DNA from: a virus
Taxonomy: Duplodnaviria > Caudoviricetes
Direction: 5' to 3' (one strand)
DNA: 64,000 nt
Virus record (IMG/VR): IMGVR_UViG_3300006805_000023
Shown: positions 9,356 to 17,904 of the stretch, one piece after another
Numbering within the stretch: the first letter of the stretch is position 1
Layout: every line of letters starts with the position of its first letter
Notes under the pieces: model-generated
The model's database searches: none
What the model was told of the DNA's origin: nothing
What the model saw: only the letters and a program-made list of their open reading frames with translations
Program-made: the position numbers and the translations under genes

Positions 9356-9781
9356 ATGCTTCCCCACACCAAGATTCTGGTTGAGATTACTAAGCTGACA
9401 CGAGCCCTGCAGGCTGACACCAACCTGTACCCAGTCACAATCATGATCAGGGCTACCCCGTCGGGAGTCTTGGAGGCTGGAGTGAAGCGCGACAATGATC
9501 AGCACGAAATGGCGCAGACGCAGCGAGCCATCCAGCACTACGTCAACAAGTTCTCCAAGGCCAGGGCCGCTGCCAATCCAGACCAGACTCTGAGGCGCAG
9601 GCGTCCGACCGGTGGTGGCTCGATTGTTCAGGTTGAGAACCCTCAGGCTGCCCTGCGCGAGCTTGCCAAGCTGATGGGAGGTGCGATGAGCGGACCCGAT
9701 CGTGGCCAGCTCAGCATGAGCGTCCAAGCCAAGTCCCAAGAAGACCTGCAGCGAGTCTTCGACTCCCTGCACTCAGTATAG
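9356..9781 (+). CDS. Hypothetical protein
   Basis: ORF track. Confidence 0.7.
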   Translation: MLPHTKILVEITKLTRALQADTNLYPVTIMIRATPSGVLEAGVKRDNDQHEMAQTQRAIQHYVNKFSKARAAANPDQTLRRRRPTGGGSIVQVENPQAALRELAKLMGGAMSGPDRGQLSMSVQAKSQEDLQRVFDSLHSV

Positions 9782-9819
9782 GGATTGCGGTTGAGACAGG
9801 CCGCGTTTTTATTACACGA

Positions 9820-10119
9820 ATGAGACTCATTGCAATCCTCACAGAAACCGCGCCCCCGGCTCAGCAACCCTCGGTCGTCGTTGACCTGACCCGCCTCAGC
9901 CGCAGACGTGGGGCTTACTCTGGCGTGGCCGTGATCGGCGACGAGTCCAAGGAGGCTTACGGGACGGACGGCTCTGTGTCCAACATCATGGATGAACTCA
10001 CCCAGAAACTGGAGAATGACCTGGGCGGTTACTTCGACGATGACGTCACTCTCCGCTGTGGCAGGAAGTACAGGGTTAGCAGGCAGGGTGAGGCTCTTGT
10101 GAGCCAGGTCATTCCTTAA
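9820..10119 (+). CDS. Hypothetical protein, possibly virion-associated
   Basis: Starts MRLIAILTE. Confidence 0.65.
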   Translation: MRLIAILTETAPPAQQPSVVVDLTRLSRRRGAYSGVAVIGDESKEAYGTDGSVSNIMDELTQKLENDLGGYFDDDVTLRCGRKYRVSRQGEALVSQVIP

Positions 10120-10126
10120 TGGGGGA

Positions 10127-10155
10127 TTGACAAGCGCTAGAGTGCGTGCTAGGTT
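10127..10155 (+). promoter_or_regulatory. Sigma70-type promoter, leaderless geometry
   Basis: TTGACA-17-TAGGTT-5nt-ATG 10161. Confidence 0.8.
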
Positions 10156-10160
10156 CCTGA

Positions 10161-11078
10161 ATGAAGGAACGATTCACAGACAAGGTTTTCAAAGACGAGC
10201 AGATGAAGATGATCCGTTGGGCCGACGGCGTCCTGACCAAGTACCAGAAGGAAGGCTATTCTATGACGGTGCGTCAGCTGTTCTACGCCGCCGTCAGCAT
10301 CAACTTGCTCCCGAATGTTCAGCCTGAGTACTCGAAGCTCGGGGACTTGCTGACAGACGCCCGACTGGCTGGCTACCTCGACTGGGACGCTATCGTGGAC
10401 CGTGGCCGCATGACCCGCGAGATCGACACCTACGAGTCTCCGCTCGCTATCATGCGGCAGACGGTCAGCCGGTTTAAGACCGACAAGTGGCAGAGCCAGT
10501 CCAACTACGTGGAGGCCATGATCGAGAAGCAAGCCCTGGAAGGCGTGGTGGCTCCGGTCTGCGCTAAGCTCGAAATCCCGTTCACCTCTAATAAGGGCTA
10601 CGCATCTTCGACGATCGCTTACGACGTTGCCAAACGCTTGCAGGAGCGTCGTCGGGCCGGTAAGATGGTGCACATCCTCTACGCCGGAGACCATGATCCA
10701 TCTGGGCTCGACATGGGGCGCAACCTCAAGGAGCGCTTGGAGCTGCTCAGCGACGGGACCGTTTACATCCACCGGATCGCCCTGAACCGCGACCAGATCG
10801 ACCATCACCACCTCCCCGCCAACCCTGCAAAGGATAAGGACCCGCGCTATCCAGCTTATAAGGAACTCCATGGTAAGGACTCCTGGGAAATGGACGCCCT
10901 GCCCCTCGAAGAATTGGCTGGAGTCTTCACGAAGTCCGTCATGCAGCTGCGCGACGAGCGCCTCTGGCAGCGCGACTTCCAGGCTCAGGAGGAAATGCGT
11001 GACCAGCTGCAGGCTATGCAGGAAGAGCTTGAGCCCACGAAGAAGGGTGGCGACGACTTCAAGTTCCGCCCTCTCTGA
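10161..11078 (+). CDS. Toprim-domain protein (TopoVI-A/Spo11-like family)
   Basis: TVRQLFY helix-turn-helix, IEKQAL (Toprim Glu), ILYAGDHDPSG (DxD), WEMDAL. Confidence 0.8.
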   Translation: MKERFTDKVFKDEQMKMIRWADGVLTKYQKEGYSMTVRQLFYAAVSINLLPNVQPEYSKLGDLLTDARLAGYLDWDAIVDRGRMTREIDTYESPLAIMRQTVSRFKTDKWQSQSNYVEAMIEKQALEGVVAPVCAKLEIPFTSNKGYASSTIAYDVAKRLQERRRAGKMVHILYAGDHDPSGLDMGRNLKERLELLSDGTVYIHRIALNRDQIDHHHLPANPAKDKDPRYPAYKELHGKDSWEMDALPLEELAGVFTKSVMQLRDERLWQRDFQAQEEMRDQLQAMQEELEPTKKGGDDFKFRPL

Positions 11079-11085
11079 TAAGGAC

Positions 11086-11114
11086 TTGACAAGCGCAAGA
11101 TTGTGTGATAAGTT
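11086..11114 (+). promoter_or_regulatory. Sigma70-type promoter
   Basis: TTGACA-17-TAAGTT with TGTGTG. Confidence 0.8.
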
Positions 11115-11146
11115 TCACCCGGCTTTCTAATCACGACTCCCACAGC

Positions 11147-12040
11147 ATGAACAGCGACTCCACCGAACCCGAACTCTACGACTCCGACGATCAGGAACCC
11201 TCAAGCTCCAGCTCCGCCGGAGGCGAAGAGGCCAAGCAGAACCTCCGCAAGCTCCACGAGGTGGCTGACGGGGATGCCGCCAAGCTCGTCAAGATGCTGG
11301 TGCTGGCTCAGAACAGCAACAGCGAAGGCGAGCGCACTGCTGCCCTCAAAAAGGCCAACGAGTTTGCGATCAAGAAACAGATCGACCTCGCCAGCATCGA
11401 AATGGAAGGCCTGGGTGAGACCAAAGGTCAAGCTGGGCTCTCCAACGAGCCTTTCGTGTCCACCAAGCACAAGACCGCCAAGAAGGACTGCCGCCGTCCC
11501 CCTTGCCACAAGTTCCTGAGCTGGCTTCTGGTCCGTCACTTCCGGGTGGATATCCTGACTCATGGCAAGTGGGCTGCCTCCACGATCACACTCATCGGAC
11601 GTCAGTCGGACGTGTCCTTCGCGATCTACGCCTATGACTTTCTGGTCGAGACCTTCAACCGTCTGTGGCGCGCTTACAAACAACGCACCAGCGCCAACCC
11701 AAGCGACCGCAACGCTTACTTTTACGGCCTCTACTGCCGTCTCCACGACACACTCGTGAAAAGCACCGAAGAGACAATCCGTCAGGAACTGGCTCAGTTC
11801 TCTGAGGAGACTAAGGCTGCTCAGAAATGGGACGTCATGGTGATCGAGGAGAAGGACCTGCTCCAGCAGGCCACCAAGGATCACCACCCGACCGTCAAGT
11901 ATGTGAAAGGTCCTGACATCGGACCCATCACCGACAAGAACATCATGTATGACGGCATGGAGGACGGTAAGAAGATCGAGATTAACCGCCCCCTTGACAA
12001 AGACAGCCAGAAAGCCGAAAAGTCCGCCCTACCAGAATGA
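11147..12040 (+). CDS. DUF2786-containing protein
   Basis: KLVKMLVLAQNSNSEGERTAALKKA resembles DUF2786; later IG..SDV..A.Y.Y.FL segment. Confidence 0.65.
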   Translation: MNSDSTEPELYDSDDQEPSSSSSAGGEEAKQNLRKLHEVADGDAAKLVKMLVLAQNSNSEGERTAALKKANEFAIKKQIDLASIEMEGLGETKGQAGLSNEPFVSTKHKTAKKDCRRPPCHKFLSWLLVRHFRVDILTHGKWAASTITLIGRQSDVSFAIYAYDFLVETFNRLWRAYKQRTSANPSDRNAYFYGLYCRLHDTLVKSTEETIRQELAQFSEETKAAQKWDVMVIEEKDLLQQATKDHHPTVKYVKGPDIGPITDKNIMYDGMEDGKKIEINRPLDKDSQKAEKSALPE

Positions 12041-12414
12041 TGCTCATCTTCTCCAGACCTATGACATGTGCGCTCCTCATGGCGAGCACGCACTTGTTAG
12101 CGAGGGACGGTCAGGTTCTGCTCGGAGTCGAGCTGGAATCTGACCGGGAGAAGATGGACGCAGCCCTGAAGGCAGCGGCTATCGAGTGGGAAGATGCCAA
12201 AAATAAGGCCGCCCTGATGTGGGACAGCGACTGGCTCCCACCTGAAAACTCTCCGTGGCTGCCTGACTGGCAGTCCCTGAACGAACTTCGTCACCCGGTG
12301 TTCTTGCCGGTGTCGATGGACACTAAACATACTTTGGCACCAGCGATAAGGCGCTTCCTCCTATACGGCAGTATGGCGACAAGGGGCACGGCTGCGTACC
12401 GTGTAAAAACCTAG
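12037..12414 (+). CDS. Hypothetical protein
   Basis: ORF track; ATGA overlap. Confidence 0.6.
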   Translation: MMLIFSRPMTCALLMASTHLLARDGQVLLGVELESDREKMDAALKAAAIEWEDAKNKAALMWDSDWLPPENSPWLPDWQSLNELRHPVFLPVSMDTKHTLAPAIRRFLLYGSMATRGTAAYRVKT

Positions 12415-12477
12415 TGTATGTGCAAGAGCGGGAGGGCTGACAACAGTCCTCCCGCGTCTGTTTTCTAGATTCGTCTT

Positions 12478-14058
12478 ATGCTGCCCTCCACCTCTCCCGT
12501 CCCCTCCCCACACGATCTGGTTTACCTTGAGCTGATGCGCCGTATCCGAGCGCACGGTGACTACCGGATGGAACGCACCGGCACTGGTGCCTATTCGTTG
12601 TTCGCCCAGCAACTGCGCTTCGACCTGACGGACGGTAGCTTCCCGCTGCTGACTACTAAGAAGGTCCACCTGCGCTCGATCATCCACGAGCTGCTCTGGT
12701 TCCTGAAGGGCGACACCAACATCAAGTACCTCAACGACAACGGCGTGACGATCTGGGATGAATGGGCCAACCCGGACGGCGACCTAGGACCTTGTTATGG
12801 CTATCAATGGCGTCAATGGGGGGAGTGGTCCACTCAGCGTTTGGAAAAGAAGGCACCTGTCGTTAAACGTCTGGAGGATGAAATCCCGCCTTTCTGCGAC
12901 TACGATGTTTCCCTCCCTGAAGCCCCGGTCATTACCGATGCTGGCAAGGACGAGCGCAACCGCGCTCTCGTAAAGGTCGTGTTTCCACGTTCCTGCTACT
13001 CGTACACGATTCGAAAGGACCACGCCGAGAGGGGAGTGCGCGACCCCTATGCACCGTCGAAGTGCGGAGTTGGCTGTCTCGGCGAGGATGAGAGGACGCT
13101 TGGGATTCCGGAGACAGTCCTCAAAAACCTCATCGCTTGCTGGAACAAAATGATGGAACGCTGCTACGATCCGAAGTGCAAGGAATACAGGTTCTATGGT
13201 GCCATCGGAGTCAAGGTGTGCCGTCGCTGGCTCTGCAGATCCGCCTTCCTGAGCGACGCCACCAAGCTCCCGTGGTTTGAGCAAAAGTCGAAGGATCTGG
13301 CTGGATACCAGCTAGACAAGGACCATCTGGGAGACAGCACTTATTACTCGCCGACCACCTGCGCTTGGGTTCCTGAGTGGGTTAACTCGGCTTACGCTCA
13401 TACGCAGCCCTTCGTGGCGACAGCTCCGGACGGCACAGAGTATTATCACATTTCGCCTAGCGTGTTTGGCTCGATGCATCAATTGTCGGGGCATTCGATC
13501 TGCCGTTGTTTGCGTGGTGAGAGGCCTCACCATTTCGGCTGGAAGTTCTGCCCTGTTGAGGATCGAGGTCTGCGCTTTAGCTCCCCCACTGATCAGATCA
13601 AGCAGCTGGTCGAGGGCATCGTCAAAAGCCCTTACGGGAGACGCCACATTGTGTCGGCCTGGAATGTGAAAGACTTGCCCACGATGAAGCTCCCACCCTG
13701 CCATTGCCTGTTCCAATGCTTCGTCTCCTCGAAGGGCCGCCTGAGCCTCCACCTTTACCAGCGCTCCGCTGACTACCTGCTGGGCGTCCCCTTTAACATC
13801 GCGAGCTATGCGTTGCTGCTGCTCATGCTGGCTCAGGCCACTGGGAACAAGCCAGGCGAGCTGGTCATCACGTTCGGCGACGTCCACCTCTACTCCAACC
13901 ATCTGGAGCAGGCCGACCTCCAGCTGTCCCGCGCCCCGTTCGGAGCGCCTCGAATGGAGATCGGTGACTCAAAGGACATCTTCGGTTTCAAGTATGAGGA
14001 CTTCAAACTGCTGGACTACACCTCCCATGCTTCCATCAAGGCCGCCATCGCCGTTTAG
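12478..14058 (+). CDS. thyA: Thymidylate synthase with a large in-frame insertion
   Basis: ERTGTG, FPLLTTKKV, ELLWFLKG, IWDEW, DLGPCYGYQW, RRHIVSAWN, LPPCH, YQRSAD, GVPFNIASY, DVHLYSNH. Confidence 0.95.
   Translation: MLPSTSPVPSPHDLVYLELMRRIRAHGDYRMERTGTGAYSLFAQQLRFDLTDGSFPLLTTKKVHLRSIIHELLWFLKGDTNIKYLNDNGVTIWDEWANPDGDLGPCYGYQWRQWGEWSTQRLEKKAPVVKRLEDEIPPFCDYDVSLPEAPVITDAGKDERNRALVKVVFPRSCYSYTIRKDHAERGVRDPYAPSKCGVGCLGEDERTLGIPETVLKNLIACWNKMMERCYDPKCKEYRFYGAIGVKVCRRWLCRSAFLSDATKLPWFEQKSKDLAGYQLDKDHLGDSTYYSPTTCAWVPEWVNSAYAHTQPFVATAPDGTEYYHISPSVFGSMHQLSGHSICRCLRGERPHHFGWKFCPVEDRGLRFSSPTDQIKQLVEGIVKSPYGRRHIVSAWNVKDLPTMKLPPCHCLFQCFVSSKGRLSLHLYQRSADYLLGVPFNIASYALLLLMLAQATGNKPGELVITFGDVHLYSNHLEQADLQLSRAPFGAPRMEIGDSKDIFGFKYEDFKLLDYTSHASIKAAIAV
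12820..13590 (+). mobile_element. HNH-type homing endonuclease-like module inserted in frame in thyA
   Basis: About 257 aa between QWRQW and DQI; W..M..RCY...Y..YG..GV.VC.RW, LDKD...Y.P.TC.W...N and a C-terminal NUMOD1-like segment; visibly more A/T at third codon positions. Confidence 0.75.
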
Positions 14059-14137
14059 TCCTAATGGTGAGTTTCAAGTCTATCAAGACAACTCACAAGG
14101 CCCAGTCGTCATAGCTCAACACCCATTTCCTCCACTC

Positions 14138-14884
14138 ATGCAAGACCAAACTACCATCCCAACTCCTGCCGACGAGCAGGGCATCGAAATCCCACAGCCA
14201 GACGGAGCTGTGTCCGTTGTCGCCGACCCCTCGGGCCGTTTCGACTTCACCCAGGACTGGACCCGCCAGTTTCGCGGCAATGATCGCAAGTTCATGCAGA
14301 AGCACATGCTGGACTTCGCGGCTAAGACGGGCAGACCCATCCGCTATCTTGAAATCGGCGTCTTTGAAGGCCGCAGCGGCTGCCACGTTCTGGACCACTA
14401 CCCGGACCTGGAGTACACCGGCATCGACCTGTGGCAGACCAGCGGTCTGTCGCCGATCTACTACCCGTCCAAGGATGACACCGCGATCGGTGCGATTGAA
14501 GAGCGCGCCCGCAAGAACCTTGCCCTCTTCGAAGCTCAGGGCCGCAAGGTCAGGACCATGAAGGGCCAGGCCACCCGCTGCGTCTCCGAACTGCTCGAAG
14601 CCGGTGAGCGCTTCGACTGGATCTACATCGACGCCGCCCACTTCGCCCTCAACGTGGTCGCTGAGGCCGCGATCGCCTGGCAGATGTTGGAAGTCGGCGG
14701 TTTGATGCTGTTCGACGACTACAAGGACCGTGGAGCCCGCAACACCACGCTGTCTGGTGGTGAGGCGTTTCTGCAGCTCGTGAACGCAGAGCGCCTGTTC
14801 CAGAATCACCAGCTCGGCGTCATCAAGAAGTCGGAGTCCCAGACTCAGCCGCTTTATCGGGCGCAGAAGCTTGGGAGTGAATAA
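14138..14884 (+). CDS. Class I SAM-dependent methyltransferase (Methyltransf_24-like)
   Basis: YLEIGVFEGRS, FDWIYIDAAH, GGLMLFDDY; start moved to MQDQTT. Confidence 0.85.
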   Translation: MQDQTTIPTPADEQGIEIPQPDGAVSVVADPSGRFDFTQDWTRQFRGNDRKFMQKHMLDFAAKTGRPIRYLEIGVFEGRSGCHVLDHYPDLEYTGIDLWQTSGLSPIYYPSKDDTAIGAIEERARKNLALFEAQGRKVRTMKGQATRCVSELLEAGERFDWIYIDAAHFALNVVAEAAIAWQMLEVGGLMLFDDYKDRGARNTTLSGGEAFLQLVNAERLFQNHQLGVIKKSESQTQPLYRAQKLGSE

Positions 14885-15491
14885 GCCCCTCAGCCTTCTC
14901 AACAACAGCGATAGCCGCTCCGAGCTGAGTACCAGCCAGGAGCGGCTCAACTGCTGCGATGACGTGTAGGGCCTCTCCGACCTTAGCGCTGCTCAGAGTC
15001 GGCCTAAGCTCCTCGACCTTCTTGAAGAGATCCCAGAACCAGCCCTTTGGGCCGAAGGCAGCCACTGCGTTACCCATGGTCTCGGCCTTCGAAAAACGGG
15101 TGTGGCACTGGTAGAGCCTGGTGCGGAAATGCAGGTGCACCTCCCACGGCTCCGGAGGGTTTGGCAGAGCACCGCCGAGCTGTTCCTTCAGCCACGGCGA
15201 GCCACCCGTCAGGATGTCACACAGGAAGTCATGCTCAAGGGCAGCCAGGGAGCAGGTGCCGTCCGGCATGTAGTAGAACGGGAACCCCCAGAAGATCGGC
15301 GGCACGCTGGCCTTGTCGTAGATGTAGCCCTTCGGGATCTTGTAGATCCGGCTCGGGCAGAACGCCAGAGTGAACTCGTGATCCTCCTGAAGCTCCCATT
15401 TAGGACCCTCAGAACCAGGCCAGAGAGGCCAGAACGGATCTGGATCTCGAACGGCTTCTACCCATGGGTGCTTGAATTCTGTTGTCTGCAT
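14823..15491 (-). CDS. DUF1353-family phage protein
   Basis: YKIPKGYIYDKASVP.IFW...AALEHDFL. Confidence 0.7.
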   Translation of the reverse strand: MQTTEFKHPWVEAVRDPDPFWPLWPGSEGPKWELQEDHEFTLAFCPSRIYKIPKGYIYDKASVPPIFWGFPFYYMPDGTCSLAALEHDFLCDILTGGSPWLKEQLGGALPNPPEPWEVHLHFRTRLYQCHTRFSKAETMGNAVAAFGPKGWFWDLFKKVEELRPTLSSAKVGEALHVIAAVEPLLAGTQLGAAIAVVEKAEGLIHSQASAPDKAAESGTPTS

Positions 15492-15497
15492 ACCATA

Positions 15498-15504
15498 ATA
15501 CCTA
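15498..15504 (-). promoter_or_regulatory. Putative late promoter box TAGGTAT
   Basis: 6 nt upstream of ATG 15491. Confidence 0.6.
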
Positions 15505-15526
15505 ACGTTGATTTCTCACTGACCCT

Positions 15527-16819
15527 ATGGCACCCGCTACAACACCACTCCCACAAAACGTCCTCCCACCACGCGTCCTCAGCCCCGGCAAGATCGCCGC
15601 AGTCCTGGATGCTGGCTACGGCTCCTCTTCCAAAGGCCTCGTGTCGGCCTGGATCACCAAGAACGAGCGCCCTGACTTCCTGCTCACCGCCAACGGTCGC
15701 AATTCCTCGCACACCGTGGTGGATAACTCCCTGAAGGCCTCCCGCGAGGCCATGACACCATGCCAGCTCAAGGGCGAGTTCGTCTTCAAGGTCCTGCCGG
15801 TCGGAGCCTTCTACAACAAGTGGAAGGGCTACAACCCGATCATCTACATTGGCCCCGGTGCCGCTTTTACGGTCGAGGACCTCGTCAAGGAAATGAAGGC
15901 CTGCGAGCTGGACAAAACGCAGGTCTGGGTCCACCCGCTGGCATCGGTCGTCACGGAGGCCGACATCGGCTATGAAAACGGCACTTGGGACTTCGACGGC
16001 AACCCACGCCCGCAGATCGACCACGACTCCGGCACCACCAAGCACGGCACCACGGGCTCCGGCGTCGGAGCAGCTCGTGCCAAGAAGTCTCTGCGCAAAG
16101 GCAAGCAGTGGTATGATGTCTCCGACCAGCCTACGATGGGGCAGAGCGGCCTGATGTTCGCCGACACCTTCGAAGAGGCCGTCCTGAAGCGCCTGGCTCT
16201 CGGCAAGACCGGCCTGCTGGACGGTTCTCAGGGTTACCTGCTGAGCCTCTACGGGAAGTTCTTCCCACACTGCACTTCACGCCCCGTCACCCTGGCCTCA
16301 TTCTTCGCCGACATCAACCTCCCGGTCAGTGTGATCGGCAACGTCTGCGCGGTGGCCCGCACCTTCCCAATCCGGATCGCCAGCGTGCGCTATTTCCTGG
16401 ACAACCAGCCCGTCACCCTCGCCGAGAAGGTCGAAGCGGAGTCGAGGGGCCTGTTCGTCAATACTGTGGACTCCAACTCCGGTGGCTGGTATCAGGACCA
16501 ACGCGAGTTGACTTGGGAGCAGGTCAGCGAACAGGCCGGACGCCACATCGAGCCTCAGCTCACCAGTCTGACCAAGCTGCCACGTCGGATCGCCACGTGG
16601 TCCAAGGCCGCGATCCGCGATTTCCTGCTGCACAACGCCCCGCCGTGCGGCTGCAAGACTTACTTGTTTGTGACCTTCACGAATTATCTGAAGGGCTCCG
16701 AGATGAAGCACTGGATGCACCAGAACATCCATGAACTGGACGACGCCGTAACCGAGGTGCTACTGTCCGACTCCCCGGAGACTGACAGCGTGCTGCCACT
16801 GGTGCGGGACTTTGAGTGA
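15527..16819 (+). CDS. purZ: PurZ-type adenylosuccinate synthetase homologue (putative 2-amino-dA synthetase)
   Basis: DAGYGSSSKG (Ser where PurA has the Asp of GDEGKG), NSSHT, KVLP.G, HGTTGSG, SQGYLLSL..FFPHCTSR, ARTFPIR, NSGGWYQDQRELTWEQ, LTSLTKLPRR, TFTNYL. Confidence 0.8.
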   Translation: MAPATTPLPQNVLPPRVLSPGKIAAVLDAGYGSSSKGLVSAWITKNERPDFLLTANGRNSSHTVVDNSLKASREAMTPCQLKGEFVFKVLPVGAFYNKWKGYNPIIYIGPGAAFTVEDLVKEMKACELDKTQVWVHPLASVVTEADIGYENGTWDFDGNPRPQIDHDSGTTKHGTTGSGVGAARAKKSLRKGKQWYDVSDQPTMGQSGLMFADTFEEAVLKRLALGKTGLLDGSQGYLLSLYGKFFPHCTSRPVTLASFFADINLPVSVIGNVCAVARTFPIRIASVRYFLDNQPVTLAEKVEAESRGLFVNTVDSNSGGWYQDQRELTWEQVSEQAGRHIEPQLTSLTKLPRRIATWSKAAIRDFLLHNAPPCGCKTYLFVTFTNYLKGSEMKHWMHQNIHELDDAVTEVLLSDSPETDSVLPLVRDFE

Positions 16820-16938
16820 TCGGCGTCCCTTTTTGGTAGGACGTAACAGGCTGTGCTGGGACAGGTAGGAGGCTACCTTCTCAGCACTTCCTATTTTACG
16901 GTCTGGGCCTGGAACTAAAACGGACGTCGTCATGCAGA

Positions 16939-16945
16939 TAACTAT
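16939..16945 (+). promoter_or_regulatory. Putative late promoter box TAACTAT
   Basis: 5 nt upstream of ATG 16951. Confidence 0.6.
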
Positions 16946-16950
16946 CCAGT

Positions 16951-17217
16951 ATGCTAAAGCTTGTCGAATGCCTGACCGAAGACACCCACCCGCCACGGTT
17001 TTCCAGGGTCCAGCGAGTTGAACACGACCTCGCCTGCCCTCATTGTGGCGACAAGATGGGAGAGAAGGACTTTAGTTTCGGCTTCGATGCAACGTCCGGC
17101 ATGTGGTATCACACCTGTGGTGACGGCGGCAGCAGGCGCATGATCCGCTCCACCGAGGAGCAGGAAAAGCAGAGTGCTCAGGCTGCTGCTTACTGGTCAA
17201 AAGGAGGCTTCCGGTGA
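16951..17217 (+). CDS. Small zinc-ribbon-like protein
   Basis: CPHCG...HTCG; starts MLKLVECLTE. Confidence 0.65.
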   Translation: MLKLVECLTEDTHPPRFSRVQRVEHDLACPHCGDKMGEKDFSFGFDATSGMWYHTCGDGGSRRMIRSTEEQEKQSAQAAAYWSKGGFR

Positions 17218-17888
17218 AGTTTGAGAACCGACCACAGCTTGGCTACGACCGCACCCTCCTGCAGGGAGTCAGCATCGAGGACCTGATCTCACTACCGATC
17301 GAGAAGTTCCCGACCTCCGGCCTGACAGATCTGCGCGAGACCCTGTTGATCATTGAGGACTGCTACCGCAACATGCCAGTCCTGACCGTCAAGGAGAAGG
17401 TCGACGGCGAGGTTGACAAGGTGTATCTGGAAACGGTCGGACGTGACACTTTCACGCGAGTGATCGACATGCCGATCTGGGTTGACCAGACCATCCCACA
17501 GACTCGACGCGAGAAGTACGGCGAGACGACGCTGCGCCCCACGACGCTATCGTTTGCCACGGTAGTGCTGGCACGCTTCAACTACTACCCACGGGCCGGT
17601 GACGTGGTGTTGTGGTGCGACCAGCTGTACGAGATCACCAGGGCCTACGTCGATCCGCGTGACTTTTTCCATCAGACTACCTTCCCTCTTTACGTGCGCT
17701 GCGACACCAGAATCGCCAACTACGACAGCCGCGATCTTGGCAGCCATTGCGGCTCCAGCGACGCCAAGACCACCACCGCCGGAGCCCCGTCTCTGACCAC
17801 TCCGAACGACCAAGGACCACTCGGGGGCACGTTCAGGTATGACAATGATGGCAATCAGGGTCCGCTGCCTACTCTGATGTCTCCGTGA
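17214..17888 (+). CDS. Head closure/neck protein (T4 gp14-like)
   Basis: PRAGDVVLW..QLYEI......DFFHQ..F..YV.C resembles the gp14 core pattern. Confidence 0.6.
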   Translation: MKFENRPQLGYDRTLLQGVSIEDLISLPIEKFPTSGLTDLRETLLIIEDCYRNMPVLTVKEKVDGEVDKVYLETVGRDTFTRVIDMPIWVDQTIPQTRREKYGETTLRPTTLSFATVVLARFNYYPRAGDVVLWCDQLYEITRAYVDPRDFFHQTTFPLYVRCDTRIANYDSRDLGSHCGSSDAKTTTAGAPSLTTPNDQGPLGGTFRYDNDGNQGPLPTLMSP

Positions 17889-17891
17889 CAG

Positions 17892-17898
17892 TAGCTAT
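17892..17898 (+). promoter_or_regulatory. Putative late promoter box TAGCTAT
   Basis: 6 nt upstream of ATG 17905. Confidence 0.6.
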
Positions 17899-17904
17899 CC
17901 TCGA

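Noticed and set aside
12820-13590. Intein or group I intron in thyA
   Set aside because: No intein block A or His-Asn terminus, no stop codon and no recognisable group I core by eye. Kept as an unexplained insertion pending scans.
15527-16819. Plain purA annotation
   Set aside because: Lacks GDEGKG and TKLD; shows the PurZ-type Ser and the SGGxYxDQxELTWE segment.
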